A stretch of DNA of 64,000 nucleotides from Candidatus Omnitrophota bacterium (GTDB lineage Bacteria; Omnitrophota; Gorgyraeia; Gygaellales; Profunditerraquicolaceae): contig JBEKSD010000002.1 of NCBI GenBank assembly GCA_049517335.1, positions 32,001-96,000 of the forward strand. Direction: 5' to 3'. Positions 1-8,513 of the stretch are shown here, piece after piece. The stretch's first letter is position 1. Each line of letters starts with the position of its first letter. The notes under the pieces are model-generated. The model made no database searches. It was not told the origin of the DNA and worked only from the letters and a program-made list of their open reading frames with translations. The position numbers and the translations under genes were made by a program.

Positions 1-110
1 GCTGTGGCTTTGGCCATGCGGCAATATATACGACGGTTTTAACCCTAATCGTGCTTTTTATCTTAAGGTATGTTGAAAACATAATGTTTCTTCAGAATAA
101 AGATAAGTAG
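1..110 (+). CDS. mgtC: MgtC/SapB-family membrane protein, C-terminal fragment (5'-truncated by window)
   Basis: Frame from base 3 reads CGFGHAAIYTTVLTLIVLFILRYVENIMFLQNKDK* (TAG 108-110), resembling the last TM helix of MgtC/SapB; not in the ORF track. Confidence 0.55.
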   Translation, partial: CGFGHAAIYTTVLTLIVLFILRYVENIMFLQNKDK

Positions 111-131
111 TCTAATACAAGGAGGTGGTGT

Positions 132-635
132 ATGTCCTTTAAGAAGAAGCTGGAAGAAAAAATCCTGGATGTGGATGCTTCTATGCAAGGGTCGCTAAGT
201 TTTAAAGACCCTGTTAACTTACGCATAAACGGTAAATTTGAAGGTACGCTTGAAACCCGTGGAAATTTGACTATCGGCCCTACTGCCGTTGTAAATGCGG
301 ATATTGTCGGAGATAATATCATTGTCGGAGGCAGGATTAAAGGAAGAATAACCGCAAAAGAAAGGCTGACCCTTCTTCCTACGGCAATCGTTGACGGCGA
401 TATCTTTTCGGTACGGCTTAACATCGCTGAGGGCGCCGTATTTGAAGGAAACTGCTCCATGCTCCATGATTTGCTAAACGCTCAGGAGTTAGCGCGTTAC
501 CTTGAAGTTGATCTGAATTCGGTGATGGAATGGGTGAGTGCTGGAAAACTTCCTGGGCATAAAGAAGGCAACGACTGGAGATTTGACAGGAAAGAAGTTG
601 ACTCCTGGGTCGCCTCGGGAAAAATTGAAAGCTAA
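132..635 (+). CDS. Bactofilin (polymer-forming cytoskeletal) domain fused to a C-terminal excisionase-like HTH_17 DNA-binding domain
   Basis: Beta-helix repeats LRINGKFEG, LTIGPTAVVNADI, GAVFEGNC; C-terminal LLNAQELARYLEV...GKLPGHKEGNDWRF; GGAGG RBS. Confidence 0.85.
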   Translation: MSFKKKLEEKILDVDASMQGSLSFKDPVNLRINGKFEGTLETRGNLTIGPTAVVNADIVGDNIIVGGRIKGRITAKERLTLLPTAIVDGDIFSVRLNIAEGAVFEGNCSMLHDLLNAQELARYLEVDLNSVMEWVSAGKLPGHKEGNDWRFDRKEVDSWVASGKIES

Positions 636-653
636 AAAATAAATTAAGATTTT

Positions 654-968
654 ATGGCAGAAGAGAAACTTTTAACAGTTAGGGACGTTGCCGGAGTTTT
701 AGGCATATCGGAAAAAGAAGTAATGGAATTAGCCGAAAGCGGAGCTATTCCTGCTTACAAGGTAGGTGGAGTCTACTTAAGATTTAAGAAGGAACAAATT
801 CAGGAATTCAGGAAACTTGCAAAGCATCCTTCGGTAGTTAAGGGGCAAGTCTGGGAAAAATACAACTTGGGCGAAAAACTTAAGGATTTCCTGTACTTCA
901 ATGATTTTTATCTCATTTCAGCCCTTGTAATTATTTTCCTTCTTTTTATAATATTTCAGGGAAATTAA
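654..968 (+). CDS. Excisionase-like HTH_17 protein with C-terminal transmembrane anchor
   Basis: LLTVRDVAGVLGIS...GAIPAYKVGGVYLRF; hydrophobic tail FYLISALVIIFLLFIIF. Confidence 0.8.
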   Translation: MAEEKLLTVRDVAGVLGISEKEVMELAESGAIPAYKVGGVYLRFKKEQIQEFRKLAKHPSVVKGQVWEKYNLGEKLKDFLYFNDFYLISALVIIFLLFIIFQGN

Positions 969-973
969 CAATA

Positions 974-1642
974 ATGGCTTTAAATAAGGGGTTTTGCGAC
1001 CTTGGTTTTGCCAAGGTTGATCTGGATAGATGCAGGCGCAGAGGAATCGCCGAGGTTATTTATTGCCCGGGGAAAGACAGGAAACATCTTAAAAAAATCT
1101 GCAGCCGGTTAATAAAAAGCGGACAAAATCTTCTTTTAACCCGCCTGGACAAAAAGACCTATTTGTATCTAAAAAAATCAAACCCCCATTTAAAATATAA
1201 CATTTTAGCTAAAATCGCCTTTTTAAATAAAAAAATTGCAACATCTAAAAAGGGCTCTATACTTATCGTGTCCGCCGGCACCTCTGATCTGGCAGTGGCG
1301 GAAGAGGCAGCTGTTACGGCGCAAGTCCTTGGCAATAAGGTTAAGCGGCTTTACGATGTGGGCGTTGCCGGAGTGCATCGCCTCATCCATAATATAGGGC
1401 TGTTAAAAGAAGCTTCAGTCATCGTAGTAGTTGCGGGTATGGAAGGCGCTTTGCCGAGTATCGTAAGCGGAATGGTGGCAGTGCCCGTGGTTGCGGTCCC
1501 GACGAGCTGCGGTTACGGAGCGAATTTTGCAGGATTGTCTTCATTACTTACAATGCTAAACAGTTGTTCTCCCGGTATAGGCGTAGTCAATATTGATAAC
1601 GGATTTGGGGCTGGGTATTTAGCCGCATTAATTAATAGGTAA
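974..1642 (+). CDS. larB: Nickel-pincer cofactor biosynthesis protein LarB (PurE-like)
   Basis: AGTSD..VAEEA, DVGVAG.HR, AGMEGALPS, PTSCGYG, VVNIDNGFGA motifs. Confidence 0.92.
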   Translation: MALNKGFCDLGFAKVDLDRCRRRGIAEVIYCPGKDRKHLKKICSRLIKSGQNLLLTRLDKKTYLYLKKSNPHLKYNILAKIAFLNKKIATSKKGSILIVSAGTSDLAVAEEAAVTAQVLGNKVKRLYDVGVAGVHRLIHNIGLLKEASVIVVVAGMEGALPSIVSGMVAVPVVAVPTSCGYGANFAGLSSLLTMLNSCSPGIGVVNIDNGFGAGYLAALINR

Positions 1643-1649
1643 ATAACAA

Positions 1650-2069
1650 ATGGCTAACAAAATTTCTTTGAAAGAAGCAATTAAATTTCACGGGCATTTG
1701 GGCCCTTATCTAGTTTTGGGCCTACTCTGCGGAGATTCCGCCATAAAAAAACTTAAGGCTAATAAATATTTCGGAATAAACGTTAAAGTCTGGGGCGCAA
1801 ATAAAAAACCTCAATCCTGCCTCATTGACGGCCTGCAGCTTTCAACGGGAGCAACGTACGGTAAAGGCAATATCTCTAAATTTAACGCTAAGAAAATAAA
1901 AATTGAGGTTCTTAATAATTCCAACGGCAAAAAGGCCGCTTTTAAATTTAAGCCGGCCATAATTCAAAGGCTTAAAAGAACAAAGACACATAGGGATTCG
2001 GAAATTTTGGCAAAAAAATTATTTAAAGAAGGTCCCCGGAATATTTTTGACCTTTTGCCTGTAACCTAA
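1650..2069 (+). CDS. FmdE (formylmethanofuran dehydrogenase subunit E) family protein
   Basis: FHGHLGPYLVLG and SCLIDGLQLSTGATYGKGN motifs. Confidence 0.85.
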   Translation: MANKISLKEAIKFHGHLGPYLVLGLLCGDSAIKKLKANKYFGINVKVWGANKKPQSCLIDGLQLSTGATYGKGNISKFNAKKIKIEVLNNSNGKKAAFKFKPAIIQRLKRTKTHRDSEILAKKLFKEGPRNIFDLLPVT

Positions 2070-2091
2070 TACTCATTATTAAGGAACAACC

Positions 2092-3423
2092 ATGCCCCTC
2101 TCAGGATTGGATATTTATAAACTATTACCTAAAACCAACTGCAAGCAATGCGGATTTGCGACCTGTCTTGCTTTCGCCATGCAACTGGCCAAGAAGGCGG
2201 TCGTAATAGAAAAATGCCCTTACTTAAGTACAGAGGCAAAAAAAATCCTGGAGGATTCCGCGCAGCCGCCTATAAAATTAGTAACCATCGGTATAGGAGA
2301 AGATAAAGTGGAAGTCGGAAATGAATCAGTCGTCTTCCGTCATGAAGAGAAATTCCACAGGCCGTGCGCAGCCGGTTTTATCATCAATGACAGCCTGAGC
2401 GATGTTGAAATTTTAAATAAAGTTAAAGAAATCAATAATCTTAAGTTTGAACGCGTGGGACAAAAGCTTGAGGTTAATATAATCGCCGTTAAACAGTGCT
2501 CTGATGCAACAAGGTTTAAAGATGCGGTAAAACTCATTTCTTCCAATACCCGGCTCAATCTGGTGCTGATGAGCGAAGATTTAACCGCGTTAAAGGAAGC
2601 GACGGTATTTACAAAAGATAGAAGACCTTTAATTTATAATGCCAATAAGAATAACCTTAGCGAGGCGGTAAAGTTAGCCAAGGAATTTAACCTGCCATTA
2701 GTAGTAAAAGGCGCTGATTTAAATGAGATTTCAAATCTGACAAAGGAATTAACTGGCTTCGGGTTAAGCGAGCTCATTTTGGATACAGGGGAGAAAAACA
2801 TCAAGGATAAATTATGGGACTTCACTCAAATCAGGAGACAGGCGCTGAAAAAATCCAATCGCCTCTTAGGTTATCCCGCATTGGCTATTGTAGATAAGGC
2901 CGATCCTTATGCGGAAGCAGTTGAAGCCGCAACTTACATTGCCAAATACGCCGGCATTATCCTATTAAGGAATATCCATGCCTGGGAGGTTTTAGCGCTG
3001 CTTACCTTAAGGCAGAATATTTATACCGACCCCCAAAAACCACTACAGATTGAACCTAAGATTTACGCCGTTGGCCAGGTAAATAAAAAATCTCCTCTCT
3101 TAATCACTACGAATTTTTCACTGTCTTATTACACCGTGCTCGCTGAAGTAGAAGCAAGCAAAATCCCCTCATACATTATGAGTGTAGATACCGAAGGTAT
3201 GTCTGTTTTGACGGCGTGGGCAGCGGAAAAGTTCACGCCGGATAAAATTTCCGATTCCATTAATAAATTCGGAGTATCAGAAGTTGTGTCGCATAAAAAT
3301 TTAATTATACCCGGTTATGTCGCGGTAATGAGCGGAGATTTAGAGGAACATTCGGGTTATAAAGTTATTGTCGGGCCGAAAGAAGCTGCCGGTATTCCGT
3401 CGTTCTTAAAAAATTTACAATAA
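2092..3423 (+). CDS. acsC: Corrinoid Fe-S protein large (gamma) subunit
   Basis: LPKTNCKQCGFATCLAFA..CP [4Fe-4S] motif; LRQNIYTDPQKP; TTNFSL; SVLTAWAA. Confidence 0.96.
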   Translation: MPLSGLDIYKLLPKTNCKQCGFATCLAFAMQLAKKAVVIEKCPYLSTEAKKILEDSAQPPIKLVTIGIGEDKVEVGNESVVFRHEEKFHRPCAAGFIINDSLSDVEILNKVKEINNLKFERVGQKLEVNIIAVKQCSDATRFKDAVKLISSNTRLNLVLMSEDLTALKEATVFTKDRRPLIYNANKNNLSEAVKLAKEFNLPLVVKGADLNEISNLTKELTGFGLSELILDTGEKNIKDKLWDFTQIRRQALKKSNRLLGYPALAIVDKADPYAEAVEAATYIAKYAGIILLRNIHAWEVLALLTLRQNIYTDPQKPLQIEPKIYAVGQVNKKSPLLITTNFSLSYYTVLAEVEASKIPSYIMSVDTEGMSVLTAWAAEKFTPDKISDSINKFGVSEVVSHKNLIIPGYVAVMSGDLEEHSGYKVIVGPKEAAGIPSFLKNLQ

Positions 3424-3453
3424 ACTGCATAATAGACGCTTTAAATATAAAAT

Positions 3454-5361
3454 ATGGAAAAATTTAAGGTAACATTTCATCCTAAGAATAAAAGTATTGA
3501 GGTGCTTAAAGATACTACGATTTTATCCGCGGCTATATCCGCAGGAGTAGCTATAAATTCCGCCTGCGGCGGAGATGGAGTATGTGGGAAATGCAAGGTT
3601 CTTATAAAAAACGGAAAAGTGGTTGCTCAGGCAAATTCCGTATTGACATTAGAGGAAAAACGCCGGCAAGTTTACCTTGCCTGCCAGACCACAATTCACA
3701 GCGATTTAGAAGTTGAAGTGTTGCCTGAATCAAAATTTGATACGGCCGGCTTAAGAATTAAAGGGCTTTATACAAAATCAGAGAACGTTGAACCGGTAAG
3801 AGAGATTCCAGAAGAAAGTATTTTTAAACACTCCCCGCTTGCCACAAAATTATATCTTCAGCTTCCTAAGCCTAATTTTGAAGATACGGCCGGCGACCTT
3901 GAAAGGATTTACAGGGAGTTACGTAATATCAAGGGTTTTCCTCTCGCCCAGACCGCTCTTACCAATATACGCCAGCTGGGGGAGTTATTAAGGGATTCAG
4001 ACTGGAAGATAACCGTAACATTGGGTAGGAGAAATGACGCCATTGAAATAGTTTTGATTGAGCCGGGTGATACTACGGCTAATAATTTCGGCCTTGCTTT
4101 TGATATCGGGACAACGACTATTTCAGGACAGCTCATTGACTTAAACTCCAAAAAAATCCTTGGCACCAAGGCCAGTTATAACAAACAGGCCAGTTTTGGA
4201 AGCGACGTGATTACCCGTATAATTTACGCCCATGAGCGGGACGGCCTTGAGAAACTGCATAACGCCGTAGTTGAGACCATAAACCTGATCATTAGGGAGC
4301 TGGTAAAAGAACATAACGTAAATCTAAATGACGTAAATTGTATTTTGTGCGCGGGCAATACGACAATGATACATCTTCTCTTAAGCGTAGATCCTACTTA
4401 CATAAGAAAAGAACCTTATATCCCTACGATAAATTCCGTTCCAACTATTCGCGCGAAAGAAGCCGGAATAAATATAAACCCGCGCGCTCTTTTATCGTGC
4501 GTTCCGGGGGTTTCGAGCTATGTCGGAGGCGATACGACCGCAGGGATCTTATCAAGCTGCTTGTATAAAGAAGAGGGCTTAAGCATTTTAATTGACATAG
4601 GGACTAACGGAGAGATTGCGCTGGGGAATAAGGAATTTATGGTCGCATGCGCTGCTTCAGCAGGTCCAGCATTTGAAGGAAGCGGCATAACAAGCGGAAT
4701 GCGCGCAAGCAAAGGCGCGATAGAAAAGGTGAGGATTAGCCCTAAAACTCAAAAGGTGATTTTTGAAACCATAGGAGAAGAGAAACCCCGCGGTATCTGC
4801 GGTTCAGGTTACATTGACATAATCGGGGAATTACTTACGGCCGGAATAATTGACAAGAGCGGGAAAATCATAGTTGAAGGCAGACGCATCCGGGAAAGCG
4901 ACTTAGGAAAAGAATTCCTTATAGCGTCTAAGGAAGAATCCGCTACCGGTGGAGACATCGTAATCAATGAAGCGGACATAGATAACATCAAAAGGGCAAA
5001 AGCCGCAATATATTCCGCGGTTTCTATTCTAGTTGAACATCTAAATTTTGATTTTTCTGAAATAAAAAAAGTATTCATAGCAGGCGGATTCGGCACTTCC
5101 ATAGACATTGAAAAGGCAATCAGAATAGGATTGCTTCCGGATCTAAACAGGGACGTATTTAAATTCATCGGCAATAGCGCACTCAAAGGAGCCCAGGAAA
5201 TGCTTTTGTATTCCGATACTGAGAAAATCGCACAGGAAATTGCCAATAAAATTACCTATATTGAATTATCGGCTGACCCGGGATATATGGACCATTATAT
5301 GGCGGCCCTGTTTTTCCCGCATACTGACTTATCAAGATTCCCTTCGTTAAAGGAGAAATAA
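3454..5361 (+). CDS. Reductive activator of corrinoid protein (RACo/AcsV; 2Fe-2S plus ASKHA ATPase)
   Basis: CGGDGVCGKC ferredoxin domain; DIGTTT, G.DVITRI, DIGTNGE, GPAFEG, GICGSG. Confidence 0.92.
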   Translation: MEKFKVTFHPKNKSIEVLKDTTILSAAISAGVAINSACGGDGVCGKCKVLIKNGKVVAQANSVLTLEEKRRQVYLACQTTIHSDLEVEVLPESKFDTAGLRIKGLYTKSENVEPVREIPEESIFKHSPLATKLYLQLPKPNFEDTAGDLERIYRELRNIKGFPLAQTALTNIRQLGELLRDSDWKITVTLGRRNDAIEIVLIEPGDTTANNFGLAFDIGTTTISGQLIDLNSKKILGTKASYNKQASFGSDVITRIIYAHERDGLEKLHNAVVETINLIIRELVKEHNVNLNDVNCILCAGNTTMIHLLLSVDPTYIRKEPYIPTINSVPTIRAKEAGININPRALLSCVPGVSSYVGGDTTAGILSSCLYKEEGLSILIDIGTNGEIALGNKEFMVACAASAGPAFEGSGITSGMRASKGAIEKVRISPKTQKVIFETIGEEKPRGICGSGYIDIIGELLTAGIIDKSGKIIVEGRRIRESDLGKEFLIASKEESATGGDIVINEADIDNIKRAKAAIYSAVSILVEHLNFDFSEIKKVFIAGGFGTSIDIEKAIRIGLLPDLNRDVFKFIGNSALKGAQEMLLYSDTEKIAQEIANKITYIELSADPGYMDHYMAALFFPHTDLSRFPSLKEK

Positions 5362-6104
5362 TGGGGCGCGTTATCGCTTTTGCCGGAAAGGGCGGGACAG
5401 GAAAAACCACAACCGCGGCTTTAGTTGTGAGGATTATCAGAGAAAAGAAGTTGGGCTCGATCCTTGCAATAGATGCCGATCCAAATAACAATCTGGCTGA
5501 AATTTTGGGGCTTACGGTAAAACAAACCATCGGTTCCATTTTGGATGATGTTACCGCCTCATCCAAAAATGTCCCCGCAGGGATGACTAAAGATAGGTTT
5601 ATTGAATATGAAGTGCAGGCGGCTGTGGAAGAAGGGGACGGCTTTGATATTCTAACGATGGGCCGGCCCGAAGGCCCGGGCTGTTATTGCTACGTAAATA
5701 ACATCTTGCGTAACGTTATGAGCAACTTAATTAAAGATTATGATTATGTGATCATTGATAATGAAGCAGGCTTAGAGCACCTCTCGCGCAGGACAACAAA
5801 AAACGCGGACGCAATGATTATCGTATCTGATGCTTCCGCAATCGGGCTTAAAGCTGCCGGAAGGATAGTTGAACTTATAAAAGAATTAAAAATCCGGGTC
5901 AGGAATAATTTTTTACTTGTCAGCCGGGCCTACTCAGATATCGACAAGCAAAAAATACAAGATTTAAACCTTGAATATCTAGGATTTATCCCGCACGATA
6001 CTGAAATTGAAAAATTAAGCTTATTGGGTTTATCGTTAATGAATCTGAAGGACGATACTGTAAGCTTAAATCATTTGAGAAAACTGGGAGAAAAAATATG
6101 GTAG
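5361..6104 (+). CDS. cooC: CooC/AcsF nickel-insertion ATPase
   Basis: GKGGTGKT Walker A, DADPN, GPGCYC Ni motif, DNEAGLEHLSR. Confidence 0.92.
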   Translation: MGRVIAFAGKGGTGKTTTAALVVRIIREKKLGSILAIDADPNNNLAEILGLTVKQTIGSILDDVTASSKNVPAGMTKDRFIEYEVQAAVEEGDGFDILTMGRPEGPGCYCYVNNILRNVMSNLIKDYDYVIIDNEAGLEHLSRRTTKNADAMIIVSDASAIGLKAAGRIVELIKELKIRVRNNFLLVSRAYSDIDKQKIQDLNLEYLGFIPHDTEIEKLSLLGLSLMNLKDDTVSLNHLRKLGEKIW

Positions 6105-7036
6105 CGGAATTAATGTTGGAAAAATGGTCAGGGCAAGTTGCTACTGTGGTAATCGGCGCTACAAAAGAAGAAGGCGGGACCCGGGCGCATTCGGTCAGGG
6201 TAGGGGGGCAAAAAAGTTTACCGTTCTTATTTGCCGAAGGAGACATACCAAATAAACCGGTGATTGCTTTTGAAATCTGGGATGCCCAGCCCCTAGACTG
6301 GCCTGAACAGCTAGTTAAAGAATATGGCGACGTTTTGAAAGACCCTTTCTTATGGGCGCAGAAATGCGTAAAGGATTTTAAGGCTAGAGTTTTATGCGTG
6401 CGCCTTCAGGCTACGCACCCTGATTTCGCTAATAAAGATGCACCGGATGAGGCAAAATTCATATCAATGCTGCTTAAAAAAGTTGATGTGCCTCTTATTA
6501 TTTTGGGATGTGGCGATGACGTAAAGGATAACCAGATTTTCCCCGCAGCCAGCGAAGCAGCAAGGGGAGAACGCTGCCTGATAGGAAACGCTGTACAGGA
6601 TAATTATAAAACCTTAACCGCTGCCGTACTTGCCGATGGCCACAACATCATTGCCGAGTCGCCTATTGACATCAATATAGCAAAACAGCTGAATATTCTG
6701 ATTTCAGATATGGGGTTACCACTCGAACGCATTGTCATAAACCCGACTATTGGAGCATTAGGATACGGATTAGAATACGCTTACTCTATTATGGAGAGGG
6801 CGCGTCTTGCCGCACTTTCAGGAGACAAAACGGTCGCTTCGCCTTTTATCTGTTTTGTAGGACAAGAGGCGTGGAGGGCAAAGGAAGCAAAAGATACTTT
6901 TGAACAACAGGGAATTGTCTGGGAAGTAATTACTGCAGCTGCTTTGATTCAGGCAGGAGGCGATATTTTAGTGATGCGTCATCCCAAAGCAGCTGAAGAA
7001 GTAAATAAATACATAGAAACATTATTTAAAAAATAA
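6098..7036 (+). CDS. acsD: Corrinoid Fe-S protein small (delta) subunit
   Basis: SPIDINIAKQLN, ALGYGLEYAYSIMER, EAWRAKEA, MRHP. Confidence 0.95.
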   Translation: MVAELMLEKWSGQVATVVIGATKEEGGTRAHSVRVGGQKSLPFLFAEGDIPNKPVIAFEIWDAQPLDWPEQLVKEYGDVLKDPFLWAQKCVKDFKARVLCVRLQATHPDFANKDAPDEAKFISMLLKKVDVPLIILGCGDDVKDNQIFPAASEAARGERCLIGNAVQDNYKTLTAAVLADGHNIIAESPIDINIAKQLNILISDMGLPLERIVINPTIGALGYGLEYAYSIMERARLAALSGDKTVASPFICFVGQEAWRAKEAKDTFEQQGIVWEVITAAALIQAGGDILVMRHPKAAEEVNKYIETLFKK

Positions 7037-7048
7037 AACGGAGTTAAT

Positions 7049-7837
7049 ATGTTTATAATCGGCGAACTGATAAACGGAATGTATCAGGATATTGGGTCTG
7101 CGATTAAGAATAAGGATAAGCCCGTAATACAAAAATGCGCGCTTGCTCAGGTTAATGCCGGAGCAGATTGCCTAGATGTAAACTGCGGCCCGGCTTCAAG
7201 ACAGCCGGTATCTGATATGCCTTGGCTTGTTGAAACGATACAGGAAGTAACGGATAAGCCCTTGAGCCTCGATTCCAGCAAACCTCAGATTATTCAGGCC
7301 GGATTAAAAGTTATAAAAAATAAAGTTGTCATCAATTCAACCACTGCGGATCCGGAAAAATTGGAAATTTTAGTGCCGCTTGCCAGACAATACAACGCTA
7401 AGCTGATAGGCCTGACTATAAGCGCAAAAGGGATACCACAGAATAAAGACCAACGCCTTGAGCTGGCGGCTGCGATAGTTGCACATTGTTCGGATGCGGG
7501 CTTTCCTATTGAAGATTTATATCTTGACCCGATAGTTATGCCGGTAAATGTAGCGCAGGCGCAAATAAAGGATATTTTAGAGTCCATCCGCGAATTTAAA
7601 ATTATATCCGAACCCAGCCCCAGGACAATCGTAGGATTAAGTAATGTTTCACAGGGCACGGGGCAGAGGAATCTAATTAATAGGACATTTTTGACAATGG
7701 CAGCCGGTTTTGGCCTGGACGCCGCCATACTTGACCCGTTGGATAATAAACTTATGGACGCCCTGATAACCACAGAGCTAATTCTGAATAAAAACATTTA
7801 TTGCGATTCTTATTTAACCGCCTATAGAAAAAAATGA
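7049..7837 (+). CDS. acsE: Methyltetrahydrofolate:corrinoid Fe-S protein methyltransferase
   Basis: IIGELING, LDVN, GLSNVSQ, LINRTFL, LDAAILD; context next to acsCD. Confidence 0.93.
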   Translation: MFIIGELINGMYQDIGSAIKNKDKPVIQKCALAQVNAGADCLDVNCGPASRQPVSDMPWLVETIQEVTDKPLSLDSSKPQIIQAGLKVIKNKVVINSTTADPEKLEILVPLARQYNAKLIGLTISAKGIPQNKDQRLELAAAIVAHCSDAGFPIEDLYLDPIVMPVNVAQAQIKDILESIREFKIISEPSPRTIVGLSNVSQGTGQRNLINRTFLTMAAGFGLDAAILDPLDNKLMDALITTELILNKNIYCDSYLTAYRKK

Positions 7838-8208
7838 AAAAATTTTCTTACGGTTTTTTTGAAAGTTTAAGAGTTGCCTTCAAGGGCATTATTTATCTCT
7901 TCCTTTACCACCGCAATATGCGTATTATATTCATGCTCGGGGCTTGCGCTTTTCTCTTCGGTATTTATTTTAAGCTAGAGGGAATCCAGATGGTAACGCT
8001 TTGCATCACCATAACCTTAGTTTTTATGGCTGAAATTTTTAATACTGCAATTGAGATACTGATGAATATGCTCACTTCAGAATACCACCTGCGCATAAAG
8101 TTGGTTAAAGATATTGCTGCGGGCGTGGTAATATTGGCCTGCTTAAATGCCCTCGCAGTTGGTTATATACTTTTTTACCGTAGTATAATTTATTTGACAA
8201 AAAGCTGA
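7834..8208 (+). CDS. dgkA: Diacylglycerol/undecaprenol kinase (DgkA family)
   Basis: EIFNTAIE and KDIAAG motifs, three hydrophobic segments. Confidence 0.88.
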   Translation: MKKFSYGFFESLRVAFKGIIYLFLYHRNMRIIFMLGACAFLFGIYFKLEGIQMVTLCITITLVFMAEIFNTAIEILMNMLTSEYHLRIKLVKDIAAGVVILACLNALAVGYILFYRSIIYLTKS

Positions 8209-8222
8209 CAAAAGGGTATCCT
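8194..8222 (+). promoter_or_regulatory. Sigma70 promoter of tRNA-Met
   Basis: TTGACA-17 nt-TATCCT just upstream of the tRNA. Confidence 0.65.
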
Positions 8223-8239
8223 TTAAAAAATAGATTTTT

Positions 8240-8316
8240 GGCGGAGTAGCTCAGCCTGATAGAGCACGCGGCTCATACCCGCTTGGTCGGTGGTTTAAAT
8301 CCACTCTCCGCCACCA
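8240..8316 (+). tRNA. tRNA-Met(CAT), probably elongator; encoded CCA
   Basis: Acceptor GGCGGAG/CTCCGCC-A-CCA, D-stem GCTC/GAGC, anticodon loop CT-CAT-AC, T-arm GGTGG-TTTAAAT-CCACT. Confidence 0.92.
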
Positions 8317-8332
8317 GTTATTTAGCTTCTTC

Positions 8333-8361
8333 TTGACAAACAGGATTTGTAACGGTATACT
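8333..8361 (+). promoter_or_regulatory. Near-consensus sigma70 promoter driving the micro-ORF
   Basis: TTGACA (8333-8338), 17-nt spacer, TATACT (8356-8361). Confidence 0.8.
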
Positions 8362-8385
8362 ATATTTAAACACGAGGAGGAAAAT

Positions 8386-8424
8386 ATGTGCAAAACTTGT
8401 GGATGCAGGAAGAAACCAAAATAA
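8386..8424 (+). CDS. 12-aa Cys-rich micropeptide MCKTCGCRKKPK (HypB-like CxxCGC metal motif)
   Basis: GAGGAGG RBS (8374-8380) 5 nt before ATG; own promoter and downstream hairpin; below the ORF-track size cutoff. Confidence 0.65.
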   Translation: MCKTCGCRKKPK

Positions 8425-8467
8425 CAGTTTTTGACGGTTGATTAAACAGCTAGATACATATTTTCAT

Positions 8468-8498
8468 AAAAGGCAACTCATTCTTTGGGTTGCCTTTT
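8468..8498 (+). terminator. Intrinsic terminator-like hairpin
   Basis: AAAAGGCAACTCA-TTCTT-TGGGTTGCCTTTT. Confidence 0.7.
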
Positions 8499-8513
8499 AG
8501 CTATCTCAATACA

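Noticed and set aside
132-968. Excisionase-like genes as a prophage or integrative element
   Set aside because: No integrase, att repeats or phage genes nearby; the HTHs are fused to cellular domains
8240-8316. tRNA(CAT) as tRNA-Ile2 because it neighbours tilS
   Set aside because: The GGCGGAG acceptor stem and CAT-AC loop resemble elongator tRNA-Met; Ile2 is not formally excluded without an isotype model
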